From: Elusimicrobiota bacterium
Lineage (GTDB): Bacteria; Elusimicrobiota; Endomicrobiia; Endomicrobiales; JBDRNC01
Reading direction: 5' to 3'
Length of the DNA stretch: 64,000 nt
Assembly: GCA_043811535.1 (NCBI GenBank)
Contig: JBDRNC010000035.1
Coordinates: forward strand, 1-64,000
Shown here: in pieces, positions 1 through 8,543 of the stretch
Numbering within the stretch: position 1 is the stretch's first letter
Layout: the number at the start of each line of letters is the position of its first letter
The notes under the pieces: generated by a model
What the model was told of the DNA's origin: nothing
The model's input: the letters and a program-made list of their open reading frames with translations, nothing else
Database searches by the model: none
Position numbers and translations under genes: made by a program

Positions 1-34
1 ACCTCCTCATTAGGTTATTGGTCTAACTTATGGG

Positions 35-63
35 AGAATAGCCCCTTTTCTTTTTTATGTCAA
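35..63 (-). promoter_or_regulatory. sigma70-like promoter of a divergent gene lying left of the window
   Basis: Minus strand TTGACA (63-58), 17 nt, TATTCT (40-35); bases 1-7 ACCTCCT read AGGAGGT (SD) on the minus strand. Confidence 0.6.
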
Positions 64-156
64 CTTCTTAAAAGAAAAAAGAAGCAAAAAAGAAAAACGG
101 AAACAACATAAACAAATTACACACTTTAGTATACACTACCTGCTGTAGCTATTAAG

Positions 157-185
157 TTGACAAATATTTCGCAATAAAGTACAAT
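157..185 (+). promoter_or_regulatory. sigma70-like promoter for DUF4912-GH57 genes
   Basis: TTGACA (157-162), 17 nt, TACAAT (180-185). Confidence 0.7.
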
Positions 186-300
186 AACAACGCTGACAAA
201 CAGCATGGCCTGGTAGGTGTATCTTTTTTTCTTTCCGAATTAAAAGAGTAATCACTTTTCAACCAGAAAATTAAATCGACATATCTGTCTGGAGGATGTT

Positions 301-1167
301 ATGAGCGACAATCTAAGTTCAAGAATGGCCGGAGCGCCGTCTTTTACCGACTCTTACGCGAGGTCGGAAGGACTGCCGAAAAACTACGGCGACACGAAAA
401 TCGTAATTTTACCCAGGGACCCGATGTGGTTCTACGCGTACTGGGAAGTCGCGCCGAATACTATCCAAAGCATCAAAAAAGTCCTTGGAGAAGGGAAATT
501 CGATTCAAGCAAATGGGTTCTGCGCATATACGACGTTACTGAAATTGAATTTAACGGAAGGAACGCGCACCGCTACTTTGACGTTGGGATAAGCAGAGAC
601 GCCGATAACTGGTATATTAACGCCGGAGAGCTCAACCGCGCATGGTGCGTGGACCTGGGTCTCAGCACCGAGGACGGGCAATTTGTCGTGATCGCAAGAT
701 CGAACGTGCTGATGATGCCGAGGCAGGGCGTGTCTCCGATAACCGATGAACAGTGGGCGATACTCCAACAGGAATTCGAGCGCCTGCTGAAACTTTCCGG
801 AGTGGATAAGATAGGAAAGAGCTCTTTTGACGTGGCGAAACTGATGAGGGAACGCTGGGAAGAAATAGTTTCCATTTCGCTTCCTTCATCGCATATCGGC
901 GCGAGTTCATGGAAAGGAAAGGCCGCCGAAGCGAAACCTAAGGATTTCTGGATGAAAGCCGACATGGAACTTATCATATACGGTGCGACGGAAGCCGACG
1001 CGAAACTTACGCTTCAGGGCAAGTCCGTACAGCTGCGCCCGGACGGCTCGTTCTCGCTCCGGTTTTACTTCCCCGAAGGCAAGCAGGAATACCCGATTGA
1101 AGCTGTGTCAGCGGACGGCACAATGAAAAGAAAAGTGTCTTTCACCGTGAAAAGGGAAACGAAATAA
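301..1167 (+). CDS. DUF4912 domain-containing protein
   Basis: YGDTKIVILPRDPxWFYAYWE motif, C-terminal Ig-like ELIIYGATE...PDGSFSLRF; GGAGG RBS; coupled to GH57. Confidence 0.8.
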   Translation: MSDNLSSRMAGAPSFTDSYARSEGLPKNYGDTKIVILPRDPMWFYAYWEVAPNTIQSIKKVLGEGKFDSSKWVLRIYDVTEIEFNGRNAHRYFDVGISRDADNWYINAGELNRAWCVDLGLSTEDGQFVVIARSNVLMMPRQGVSPITDEQWAILQQEFERLLKLSGVDKIGKSSFDVAKLMRERWEEIVSISLPSSHIGASSWKGKAAEAKPKDFWMKADMELIIYGATEADAKLTLQGKSVQLRPDGSFSLRFYFPEGKQEYPIEAVSADGTMKRKVSFTVKRETK

Positions 1168-2759
1168 TGGATCAACCGAAAGGCTACTGGTGTCTCCAGC
1201 TGCACGCGCATCTGCCGTATGTCAGACATCCCGAATTCCCTGATTTTCTTGAAGAGGACTGGCTATACGAGGCGATCACGGAAACATACCTTCCCCTGCT
1301 CTCGATTTTCGAGAAATTCATGGAAGAGAATATCGATTTCCGCCTCACGATGAGCATTACGCCGCCTTTGGCCGGGATGCTCAGCGACTCGCTTCTTCAA
1401 AGCCGCTATTATACCCGCCTTAACAAACTCATTGAACTTGCGGAAAAAGAGGTATGGCGTACAAGGACGATCCCGGAGTTCCAGTCGACCGTCCTGATGT
1501 ACGAAAAGATACTCAAGAATTGCAGGCGCCTGTGGGAGAAATACCACGGCAATATTTTGACGGGTTTCAAGAACCTTCAGGACGCGGGCAAGCTTGAGAT
1601 CATAACATGCTGCGCGACGCACGGTTTTCTTCCCTTGAAAGTCCATAAAGCCGCGATAAGAGCGCAGGTAAAGACCGCCTGCGCGGATTATGAAAGGCAT
1701 TTCGGCAGAAGGCCGAGAGGCATCTGGCTTGCCGAGTGCGCTTACCAGCCCGGCATTGATAAGTTCCTGAAAGAAGAAAATATCAGATTTTTCTTTACCG
1801 AGGCGCACGGCATTCTGTACGCTTCTCCGCGCCCGAGATACGGAGTTTTTGCCCCGATATACTGCCCGTCGGGCGTGGCGGCGTTCGGACGCGACATGGA
1901 AACCGCGCACCAGGTTTGGAGCGCGGATTCGGGATATCCCGGCGACCCCGATTACAGGGAATTCTACCGCGACCTCGGGTACGACCTTGACTACGACTAT
2001 GTCAGGCCTTACCTGCATTCCGACGGCGTCAGGAGGAACATAGGGCTCAAATACCACAGGATCACGGGAAAAGTGGCGCTAGGCGAAAAGCAGCCTTACA
2101 ACCCGGAATTGGCGATGAACAAGGCGGCAAGCCACGCGGGCAATTTCATGTTCAACCGCGAGAAGCAGATGGAATACCTGTCAGGTGTTCTTGACCGCAA
2201 GCCGCTCGTGGTTTCAATGTACGACGCGGAGCTTTTCGGCCACTGGTGGTTTGAAGGTCCCAATTTCATCGACTATCTTTTCAGAAAGATCCATTTCGAC
2301 CAGAAAACCTTCAAGTGCATAACGCCTTCCGAATATCTTGAGAAATTCCCCAAGAACCAGATTTCAACCCCCGCGGCTTCTTCATGGGGCGACAAGGGGT
2401 ATTTTGAGGTCTGGCTGAACGGGACGAACGATTGGATATACAGGCATCTTGACAAAGCGGCCGAAAGAATGGTAGAAATTACTAAGGAAAATCCGAATGC
2501 AGAAGGATTGCAAAAGAGAGCTTTAAATCAGGCCGCGAGGGAACTTCTGTTGGCTCAATCGTCGGACTGGGCTTTCATAATGACAACCGGCACGATGGTT
2601 TCGTACGCTGAAAAACGGACTCGCGAGCATCTGGTTGACTTCAATAAGCTATACGAACAGATAAAGCAGAATCAGCTGGACGAAGGTTTTATCGGCTGGC
2701 TTGAAAGCAGGAACAATATCTTTCCTTTGATGGATTATAAAGTGTACATGCCGGAGTAA
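1167..2759 (+). CDS. GH57 1,4-alpha-glucan branching enzyme (DUF1957)
   Basis: HAHLP, GIWLAECAY, YDAELFGHWWFEG and AQSSDWAF conserved GH57 regions. Confidence 0.9.
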   Translation: MDQPKGYWCLQLHAHLPYVRHPEFPDFLEEDWLYEAITETYLPLLSIFEKFMEENIDFRLTMSITPPLAGMLSDSLLQSRYYTRLNKLIELAEKEVWRTRTIPEFQSTVLMYEKILKNCRRLWEKYHGNILTGFKNLQDAGKLEIITCCATHGFLPLKVHKAAIRAQVKTACADYERHFGRRPRGIWLAECAYQPGIDKFLKEENIRFFFTEAHGILYASPRPRYGVFAPIYCPSGVAAFGRDMETAHQVWSADSGYPGDPDYREFYRDLGYDLDYDYVRPYLHSDGVRRNIGLKYHRITGKVALGEKQPYNPELAMNKAASHAGNFMFNREKQMEYLSGVLDRKPLVVSMYDAELFGHWWFEGPNFIDYLFRKIHFDQKTFKCITPSEYLEKFPKNQISTPAASSWGDKGYFEVWLNGTNDWIYRHLDKAAERMVEITKENPNAEGLQKRALNQAARELLLAQSSDWAFIMTTGTMVSYAEKRTREHLVDFNKLYEQIKQNQLDEGFIGWLESRNNIFPLMDYKVYMPE

Positions 2760-2769
2760 GGCTGACGAA

Positions 2770-2893
2770 TTCATCCCGTTAGAGTTAAAACACCTTCGGC
2801 GACAGCGGGTTACGGGGATTAACAAAAGGAATATTTTCCATGTTTATTATAGAGAACTCTAAAATTATGTTTTCGTATCTCTAACGGGATGAA
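2770..2893. mobile_element. MITE-like element with 15-bp terminal inverted repeats (copy 1)
   Basis: TTCATCCCGTTAGAG (2770-2784) / CTCTAACGGGATGAA (2879-2893), perfect IR; related ends at 53325-53439. Confidence 0.6.
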
Positions 2894-3479
2894 AATCACG
2901 CGGCTGCACATTCTTCTATTGGTAATTATTTTTGCGCTGGCTGGTCTCGGGTACTATCAGTACGACCAGAACAACAGGCAAAAGGCCGAGCTTGCCGCGC
3001 TTGTCGCCAAGCAGACGGAACAAAAACGGCTTGAAGAGCAAAGGCAGCAGGAAGAAAAAACCAAGAAAGAGAACTGGGCAAGGCAGACGATAGCGGTCGC
3101 AGGCGAAATACGCGTGATTTCAAAGAAGAAAGGCCGCGATATTTCAAAGGGACAGGAAACTCTCCGCCTTGCCAAAGATTCATACGATAAAACTGACTAC
3201 GATAGCGCGATAGACTTATCACTGCAGTCCATACAGGAACTTGAAACAGCCCCCTACCTTGATATCAACTATACCGTCCGCCGCGGCGATTGCCTCTGGA
3301 ACATAGCCAAGAAGCCCGAACACTACGGCAGGGGAGCCGGGTGGGTGAAGATTTGGAAAGCGAACAAGAAAAAAATACCGGACTACGACCTGATACATCC
3401 CAAGCAAATCCTGAAAATACCTAAAAGCCAGCCGCAGAACACCAAAAACCAGCCCGAATCGGGACTGCCTAACAGCTAA
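2889..3479 (+). CDS. Membrane-anchored LysM peptidoglycan-binding protein
   Basis: N-terminal hydrophobic helix, coiled coil, YTVRRGDCLWNIA...IWKAN...LIHPKQILKIP LysM. Confidence 0.85.
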   Translation: MKITRLHILLLVIIFALAGLGYYQYDQNNRQKAELAALVAKQTEQKRLEEQRQQEEKTKKENWARQTIAVAGEIRVISKKKGRDISKGQETLRLAKDSYDKTDYDSAIDLSLQSIQELETAPYLDINYTVRRGDCLWNIAKKPEHYGRGAGWVKIWKANKKKIPDYDLIHPKQILKIPKSQPQNTKNQPESGLPNS

Positions 3480-3538
3480 TCCCGCCAACGCCTGAAATAG
3501 TCTTTTTTCCGTCTTAAAAAAACTTATCCTTTCCATTG

Positions 3539-3660
3539 TCCTTTTATTTATTTTCCCTTAAAGGGCAAAGCCCGGACAAGGACTCACCCAGAATCATTCA
3601 TTCATGTCAAGGAATGAATGATTCAGCCCTTTGGGCGGTTTCCCGAAGGGAAACCGGGTT
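3539..3660. repeat. Dispersed multi-hairpin element family X, copy 1
   Basis: Aligns end to end with the reverse complement of 5826-5989; 13-bp IR GAATCATTCATTC/GAATGAATGATTC, GCCC-TTT-GGGC, GGTTTCCC-GAA-GGGAAACC. Confidence 0.75.
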
Positions 3661-3687
3661 GACTTATTAGCTATTTTCTGCTATTCT
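3659..3687 (+). promoter_or_regulatory. sigma70-like promoter for GAF/HD-GYP gene
   Basis: TTGACT, 17 nt, TATTCT; the -35 overlaps the end of family X copy 1. Confidence 0.55.
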
Positions 3688-3734
3688 AACTACTAATCAA
3701 ACCTACGGAAAATTCCGACTGAAACAGGATTTTC

Positions 3735-5003
3735 ATGACGTCGTTCGAGATGGAAACAATCATCGTTTTTTTTGTTTCTCTTATTCTCCTGCTTGCCTGG
3801 TTTCTTATCATCAGGCAGAGGCGGAAAGCTGTCTCCAAGCAAACCGAGTTTTCAAGGCGGTTGAAAGAAACGCAGTCGCACCTTCAGAACTACATCAGCG
3901 ATGTGGACAACCTTATCGTGATGCTGGTAGGGATACACGAATTCGGGATGACAGCGACCGGCATCGTGTCAAAGGATGAGCTCACACAGCTTATTGTCGA
4001 CTCCGCCTGCAAGTTGATGAGGTCCGACAGCGGCTCGCTCATGCTTTTAAACCATGAGACCAACGAGCTTGCTATAGTGTCGTCAAAAGGACTGGCGCCT
4101 GAAGTGATTGCGACTACCAGGGTAAATCTCGGCGAAGGCGTCGCCGGCAGGGTGGCCCAGAGCGGCAAGCCGATTTTTGTGGAAAATATAGAGACCGATA
4201 TAAGGTTCCTGAGGCCAAACAGCGTCCGCTATCCTTCAAAGTCGTTCATATCAGTGCCCCTCAAGGTCAAGAAGAGAGTTATCGGCGTCCTTAATGTGAG
4301 TTCTTCGGACACGAACAAGAGTTTTGAGGAAAGAGATGTGCGTCTGCTGACAATCCTGGCGGACCAGGCCGCGATAACGCTTGAAAACATCGATCTCTAT
4401 GACAACCTCCAGCATTTTTACCTTGAAATGGTCCAAACGCTGGCAAGGACCATCGACGCCAAGGATTCGTACACGCATGACCACGCCGACCGCGCCAGGC
4501 GGTATTCAATATCGATAGGCAAGAAATTGGGTTTGCCCGAAGCGATGATACGCCACATAGAATACGCGGCGCTGATGCATGATATAGGCAAGATAGGCAT
4601 AGACGAAAACATTCTCCGCAAGCCGGGGCAGCTCACACCAGAAGAAAGGGATATAATTAAAAAACATCCCGCCATCGGGAACCGCATCATTTCTCCCGTG
4701 GCCTTCCTGTCGCCCGTTGCCCCGATGGTTCTTTACCACCAGGAATGGTTCAACGGTCGCGGGTATCCCGAGGGGCTTGCGGGCGAGGAGATACCGCTCG
4801 GCGCGAGGATCGTCGCCGTGATAGACGCGTTTGACGCCATGACTTCTGACAGGCCGTACCGGAAAGCCCTGACAAAAGAGGCCGCGATAGAAGAATTGAA
4901 AAAGAACTCAGGCACGCAGTTCGACCCCAAGGTAGTTAAGTCATTCCTTGAAACCCTCGAAGAGGAAGAGAAGGAACAGGTGCACAGTAATAGAACCTTT
5001 TAA
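3735..5003 (+). CDS. TM-GAF-HD-GYP cyclic-dinucleotide phosphodiesterase-like protein
   Basis: N-terminal TM, GAF (GEGVAGRVA, VPLK..IGVLNV), DAKDSYT..H, LMHDIGKIGI, HQEWFNGRGYPEGL. Confidence 0.9.
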   Translation: MTSFEMETIIVFFVSLILLLAWFLIIRQRRKAVSKQTEFSRRLKETQSHLQNYISDVDNLIVMLVGIHEFGMTATGIVSKDELTQLIVDSACKLMRSDSGSLMLLNHETNELAIVSSKGLAPEVIATTRVNLGEGVAGRVAQSGKPIFVENIETDIRFLRPNSVRYPSKSFISVPLKVKKRVIGVLNVSSSDTNKSFEERDVRLLTILADQAAITLENIDLYDNLQHFYLEMVQTLARTIDAKDSYTHDHADRARRYSISIGKKLGLPEAMIRHIEYAALMHDIGKIGIDENILRKPGQLTPEERDIIKKHPAIGNRIISPVAFLSPVAPMVLYHQEWFNGRGYPEGLAGEEIPLGARIVAVIDAFDAMTSDRPYRKALTKEAAIEELKKNSGTQFDPKVVKSFLETLEEEEKEQVHSNRTF

Positions 5004-5138
5004 ATGGCCAAATTGCTTTATTGCTAAATTGCTGACGGCCTTTAATTATTTAGCTATTTCGCAGTTAGTTTTTTTAGCCATTTAACCATTTAGCCATTGT
5101 GCAGTTTAGTTTCTCAACCATTTAGCAATTTAATTATT
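5001..5138. repeat. Inverted octamer array (AAATGGCT / AGCCATTT family)
   Basis: 8-nt periodic AAATGGCC, AAATTGCT, TTATTGCT, AAATTGCT followed by TTTAGCCA, TTTAACCA, TTTAGCAA. Confidence 0.7.
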
Positions 5139-5840
5139 ATGATAGGCACGCTTTATATTGTCCCCACTCCTATCGGAAATCTTGAAGATATAACGCTGCG
5201 GGCTGTCAGAATATTGAAGGAAGTTGACTTTATCGCCTGCGAAGACACAAGGCAGACCTCAAAATTGCTGAATCATTTGGGAATAAGCAAGTGCCTCGTC
5301 AGCTTTTACACATACAACCAGCTGAAGCGCATTCCACAGATAATCAATGATTTGAGTTCCGGAAAAAGCGTCGCGCTGGTATCCGATAGCGGGACTCCTG
5401 GCATTTCCGATCCGGGTTTTTTTTTAATTAAAGAGGCGATCAAGTCCGGCATACCGGTAGTTCCGCTGCCGGGCCCCTGCGCTGCGGTAACGGCGCTTGT
5501 GGTTTCCGGGCTCCCGAGCGACGGTTTCGTTTTTCTTGGATTCCTGAAAAAGAAACCCGGCAAGATGAAGAAGGAACTGAGCGCGGCTTTTAACGCGGGG
5601 AAAACAGTTGTTTTTTACGAATCTCCGCACAGACTCGCCAAAACCCTTGAAACATGCATGGAAATCCTGCCCGCAGACACCGAAGCCGCCGTGGCGCGCG
5701 AACTTACTAAAAAATTTGAAGAGGTCCTGCGCGGAACGATTGCTGAAGTCAGCGCGGAGGTGCGCAGTCGCGAGATAATAGGCGAAGCGGTAGTATTGCT
5801 GAATTGCGATAAAAACAAGAAAAATAACCCGGTTTCCTGA
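5139..5840 (+). CDS. rsmI: 16S rRNA (cytidine1402-2'-O)-methyltransferase
   Basis: GTLYIVPTPIGNLEDITLRA, ACEDTR, VSDSGTPGISDPG; start moved to ATG 5139. Confidence 0.95.
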   Translation: MIGTLYIVPTPIGNLEDITLRAVRILKEVDFIACEDTRQTSKLLNHLGISKCLVSFYTYNQLKRIPQIINDLSSGKSVALVSDSGTPGISDPGFFLIKEAIKSGIPVVPLPGPCAAVTALVVSGLPSDGFVFLGFLKKKPGKMKKELSAAFNAGKTVVFYESPHRLAKTLETCMEILPADTEAAVARELTKKFEEVLRGTIAEVSAEVRSREIIGEAVVLLNCDKNKKNNPVS

Positions 5841-5989
5841 AAGGAAACCGCCCGTAGGACTGAACCGTTCACGATCGGATAAATATGCTGTACGGACGAT
5901 AATTCTAGTTAAAATCACGAAGTTTCAGGTGAACGGTTCTGGGTAAATCCTTGACTGGGCTTCGCCCTTTAGGGAAAACAAGAAAAGGA
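5826..5989. repeat. Dispersed multi-hairpin element family X, copy 2 (inverted)
   Basis: GGTTTCCT-GAA-AGGAAACC; 11-bp IR GAACCGTTCAC (5862-5872)/GTGAACGGTTC (5929-5939) around a 56-nt loop; GGGC-TTC-GCCC. Confidence 0.75.
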
Positions 5990-6003
5990 TAAGGAAGAAG
6001 ACA

Positions 6004-7026
6004 ATGATTAAGGCAGGTATTATAGGTATTACCGGATACACCGGAGAGGAGCTTTTGAAGATACTTTCAAAGCATCCGGGCGTGGAAATATCCGTGCTCG
6101 CGAGCAGGTCGGCCGAAGAAACAAAACCTGTCAAGGAAATATATCCTCACCTCGCGCACCTGAGCCTTTCTTACGAGAAACTTGACGCGGCCGGCGTGGC
6201 CAAGAGATCAGACGTGGTTTTTCTCGCGCTTCCGCACAAGGTCTCTTTTGAAGTTGTACCCGAGCTGCTGAGCGCCGGAAAGAACGTGATTGACCTTTCC
6301 GCGGATTTCAGGATTGAAGATGTCTCGACATACGAGCAATGGTACGGCGGAAAGCATGCCGCGCCCGCGAATCTCAAGGAAGCCGTCTACGGCCTTCCCG
6401 AATTATACAGGGATAAGATCGCGAAAGCCAGGTTGATCGCGAATCCAGGATGTTACCCGACAACCATAATCCTCGGGGCCGCGCCAGCCCTGAAACACAA
6501 GCTTATTGAGCCGGATTCAATAATAATAGACGCAAAAAGCGGCATATCCGGAGCCGGCAGGAAGTCCGTTGAGGAGTATTATAAGAACGAGCATCCGAAT
6601 TTCAGGCCGTACAACATAGCGGGCGTCCACAGGCATATTCCCGAGATCGAGCAGGAACTTTCAAAGGTCGCCGGTAAAAAGATCACAGTGACATTCACTC
6701 CACAGATAATCCCGGTGGAAAGGGGAATGGTGTCTTCAATCTACATGAATTTGAAAAAGAAGCTGACCACGCAGGAAGCGATCGGGCTGTACGGGGAGTT
6801 TTACGCGAAAGAGCCGTTTGTCAGGATATTTTCAGATGACAAGATACCTGATGTCAGGAACGTGGCTAATACGAATTTTTGCGACATAACGGTAAGGGTT
6901 GACGCCAGGGCAAACCGGCTTATAGTCATATCCGCGATAGATAATCTTGTGAAAGGCGCTTCCGGACAGGCGGTGCAGAACATGAATATCATGTACGGGT
7001 TCAAGGAAACGGAAGCTCTAATATAA
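6004..7026 (+). CDS. argC: N-acetyl-gamma-glutamyl-phosphate reductase
   Basis: GITGYTG, ANPGCYPT, DNLVKGASGQA. Confidence 0.97.
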   Translation: MIKAGIIGITGYTGEELLKILSKHPGVEISVLASRSAEETKPVKEIYPHLAHLSLSYEKLDAAGVAKRSDVVFLALPHKVSFEVVPELLSAGKNVIDLSADFRIEDVSTYEQWYGGKHAAPANLKEAVYGLPELYRDKIAKARLIANPGCYPTTIILGAAPALKHKLIEPDSIIIDAKSGISGAGRKSVEEYYKNEHPNFRPYNIAGVHRHIPEIEQELSKVAGKKITVTFTPQIIPVERGMVSSIYMNLKKKLTTQEAIGLYGEFYAKEPFVRIFSDDKIPDVRNVANTNFCDITVRVDARANRLIVISAIDNLVKGASGQAVQNMNIMYGFKETEALI

Positions 7027-7217
7027 ATTCAAAATTCAAATGATCCGACTTCGCATGCGACCATCTGCTATTTATTTAACCGAGGTCCCTCTTTCGGGGA
7101 GACTCCATTGAAAATAATAATGAAGTCGCAAAATATAACGCCAATATCAAAGCACAAAACGTTTTAAATTTTAGTATTTGAATTTATTTTGTCATTTGTG
7201 CTTTGTCATTTGGATTT
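7025..7217. repeat. Heptamer-array element (inverted homologue of 63537-63645) with nested ~85-bp insert
   Basis: 7025-7043 plus 7129-7217 align with the reverse complement of 63537-63645; insert 7044-7128 bounded by CGACTTC/GAAGTCG. Confidence 0.8.
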
Positions 7218-7227
7218 AGGAGTTTCC

Positions 7228-8430
7228 ATGTTGCCAAAAGGTTTCGTCGCGTCAGGCATTCACTGCGGAATAGCGAAGAAGAGAAACAAAAAAGATATCG
7301 CGATTTTCTTTTCACTTTATCCGGCTGTGGCTTCGGGGATGTTCACTTCAAACCTCGTAAAGGCGGCGCCGGTGCTTTTGAGCCAGAAATACCTGAGGAA
7401 CGGCAAGAATTTCAGGGGCATCGTGGCGAATTCCGGATGCGCGAACGCCTGCACCGGAAGGAAAGGGATGGATGATGCGGAAACGGTTTGCGAAGCTTCC
7501 GCTAAACTACTTAAAGTGGAGAGCGGAGAGATACTGGCGGCTTCAACGGGCGTGATAGGGCAGTTCTTGCCGCTCGCGCGCGCGCAGTCCGGGCTAAAGA
7601 AGCTGGCCGTGCAGGTACTTAAAGGCAGATCAAGTGAAACCGCGGCCGTTGAAGCGATAATGACCACCGATACTTTCCCGAAGGTCGCCAGGAGAGAGGC
7701 GCTGATTGATAAAAGAAGGATAACTATATGGGGCTGCGCGAAAGGCGCCGGCATGATACACCCCTCTATGAAGCCGTTTCACGCGACGATGCTCAGTTTC
7801 ATTATGACCGACGCTTCAATAACGCCCTTCGCGTTGGACAAGGCGCTTAATAATGCCGTAGAAAAATCTTTCAACTGTGTTTCGGTTGACGGCGATACCT
7901 CCACGAACGACACTGTATTGGCGCTGGCCAACGGGGCGGCGCTGAACAGGCAGATTTCCGACAAGGACAAGAACCTGGCGGTTTTTGAGGGCGCGCTGAC
8001 AGGCGTGTGCCTTGAACTCGCGAAAATGGTCGCCGCGGACGGCGAAGGAGCGACGAAATTCATCGAGATAGAAGTTAAGAACGCTGACACGGAAAAGACG
8101 GCCAAAAGGATTGCAGAGACCGTGGCCACTTCTCCGCTTGTCAAGACCGCGGTTTTCGGCAACGACGCCAACTGGGGCAGGATAATGGCGGCGGCCGGCA
8201 GGTCCGGAGCAAAAATCAATCCCGACAGGATTGACGTGTTCTTCGGCAAGCTAATGGTAGCAAGGCGCGGGACGGCCGTGAAATTCTCGGAGAGAAAAGC
8301 GTTAAGGATACTGAAGGACAAGAAGGTCAGGATTACCGTTGATCTGCATCAGGGAAAGAAAAGCGCTAAGTACTACACGTGCGACTTCTCGTTTGATTAC
8401 GTTAAGGAAAACGCCTCCTATAGAAGCTGA
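7228..8430 (+). CDS. argJ: Bifunctional ornithine acetyltransferase/N-acetylglutamate synthase
   Basis: KGAGMIHP, ATML, DGDTSTNDT, DGEGATK; AGGAG RBS before ATG 7228. Confidence 0.97.
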   Translation: MLPKGFVASGIHCGIAKKRNKKDIAIFFSLYPAVASGMFTSNLVKAAPVLLSQKYLRNGKNFRGIVANSGCANACTGRKGMDDAETVCEASAKLLKVESGEILAASTGVIGQFLPLARAQSGLKKLAVQVLKGRSSETAAVEAIMTTDTFPKVARREALIDKRRITIWGCAKGAGMIHPSMKPFHATMLSFIMTDASITPFALDKALNNAVEKSFNCVSVDGDTSTNDTVLALANGAALNRQISDKDKNLAVFEGALTGVCLELAKMVAADGEGATKFIEIEVKNADTEKTAKRIAETVATSPLVKTAVFGNDANWGRIMAAAGRSGAKINPDRIDVFFGKLMVARRGTAVKFSERKALRILKDKKVRITVDLHQGKKSAKYYTCDFSFDYVKENASYRS

Positions 8431-8436
8431 AAAACA

Positions 8437-8511
8437 GTGTAATGTTTAATGTGTGATGAAAACTCAGCGAACCGACAAAATTCATTACACATTAAACATT
8501 ATACATTACAC
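8437..8511. repeat. Inverted heptamer array (GTGTAAT / ATTACAC)
   Basis: GTGTAAT GTTTAAT GTGTGAT GAA ... TTC ATTACAC ATTAAAC ATTATAC ATTACAC. Confidence 0.8.
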
Positions 8512-8543
8512 AGTTATCTTAGCCCCGCTGCTATTGTGAATCT

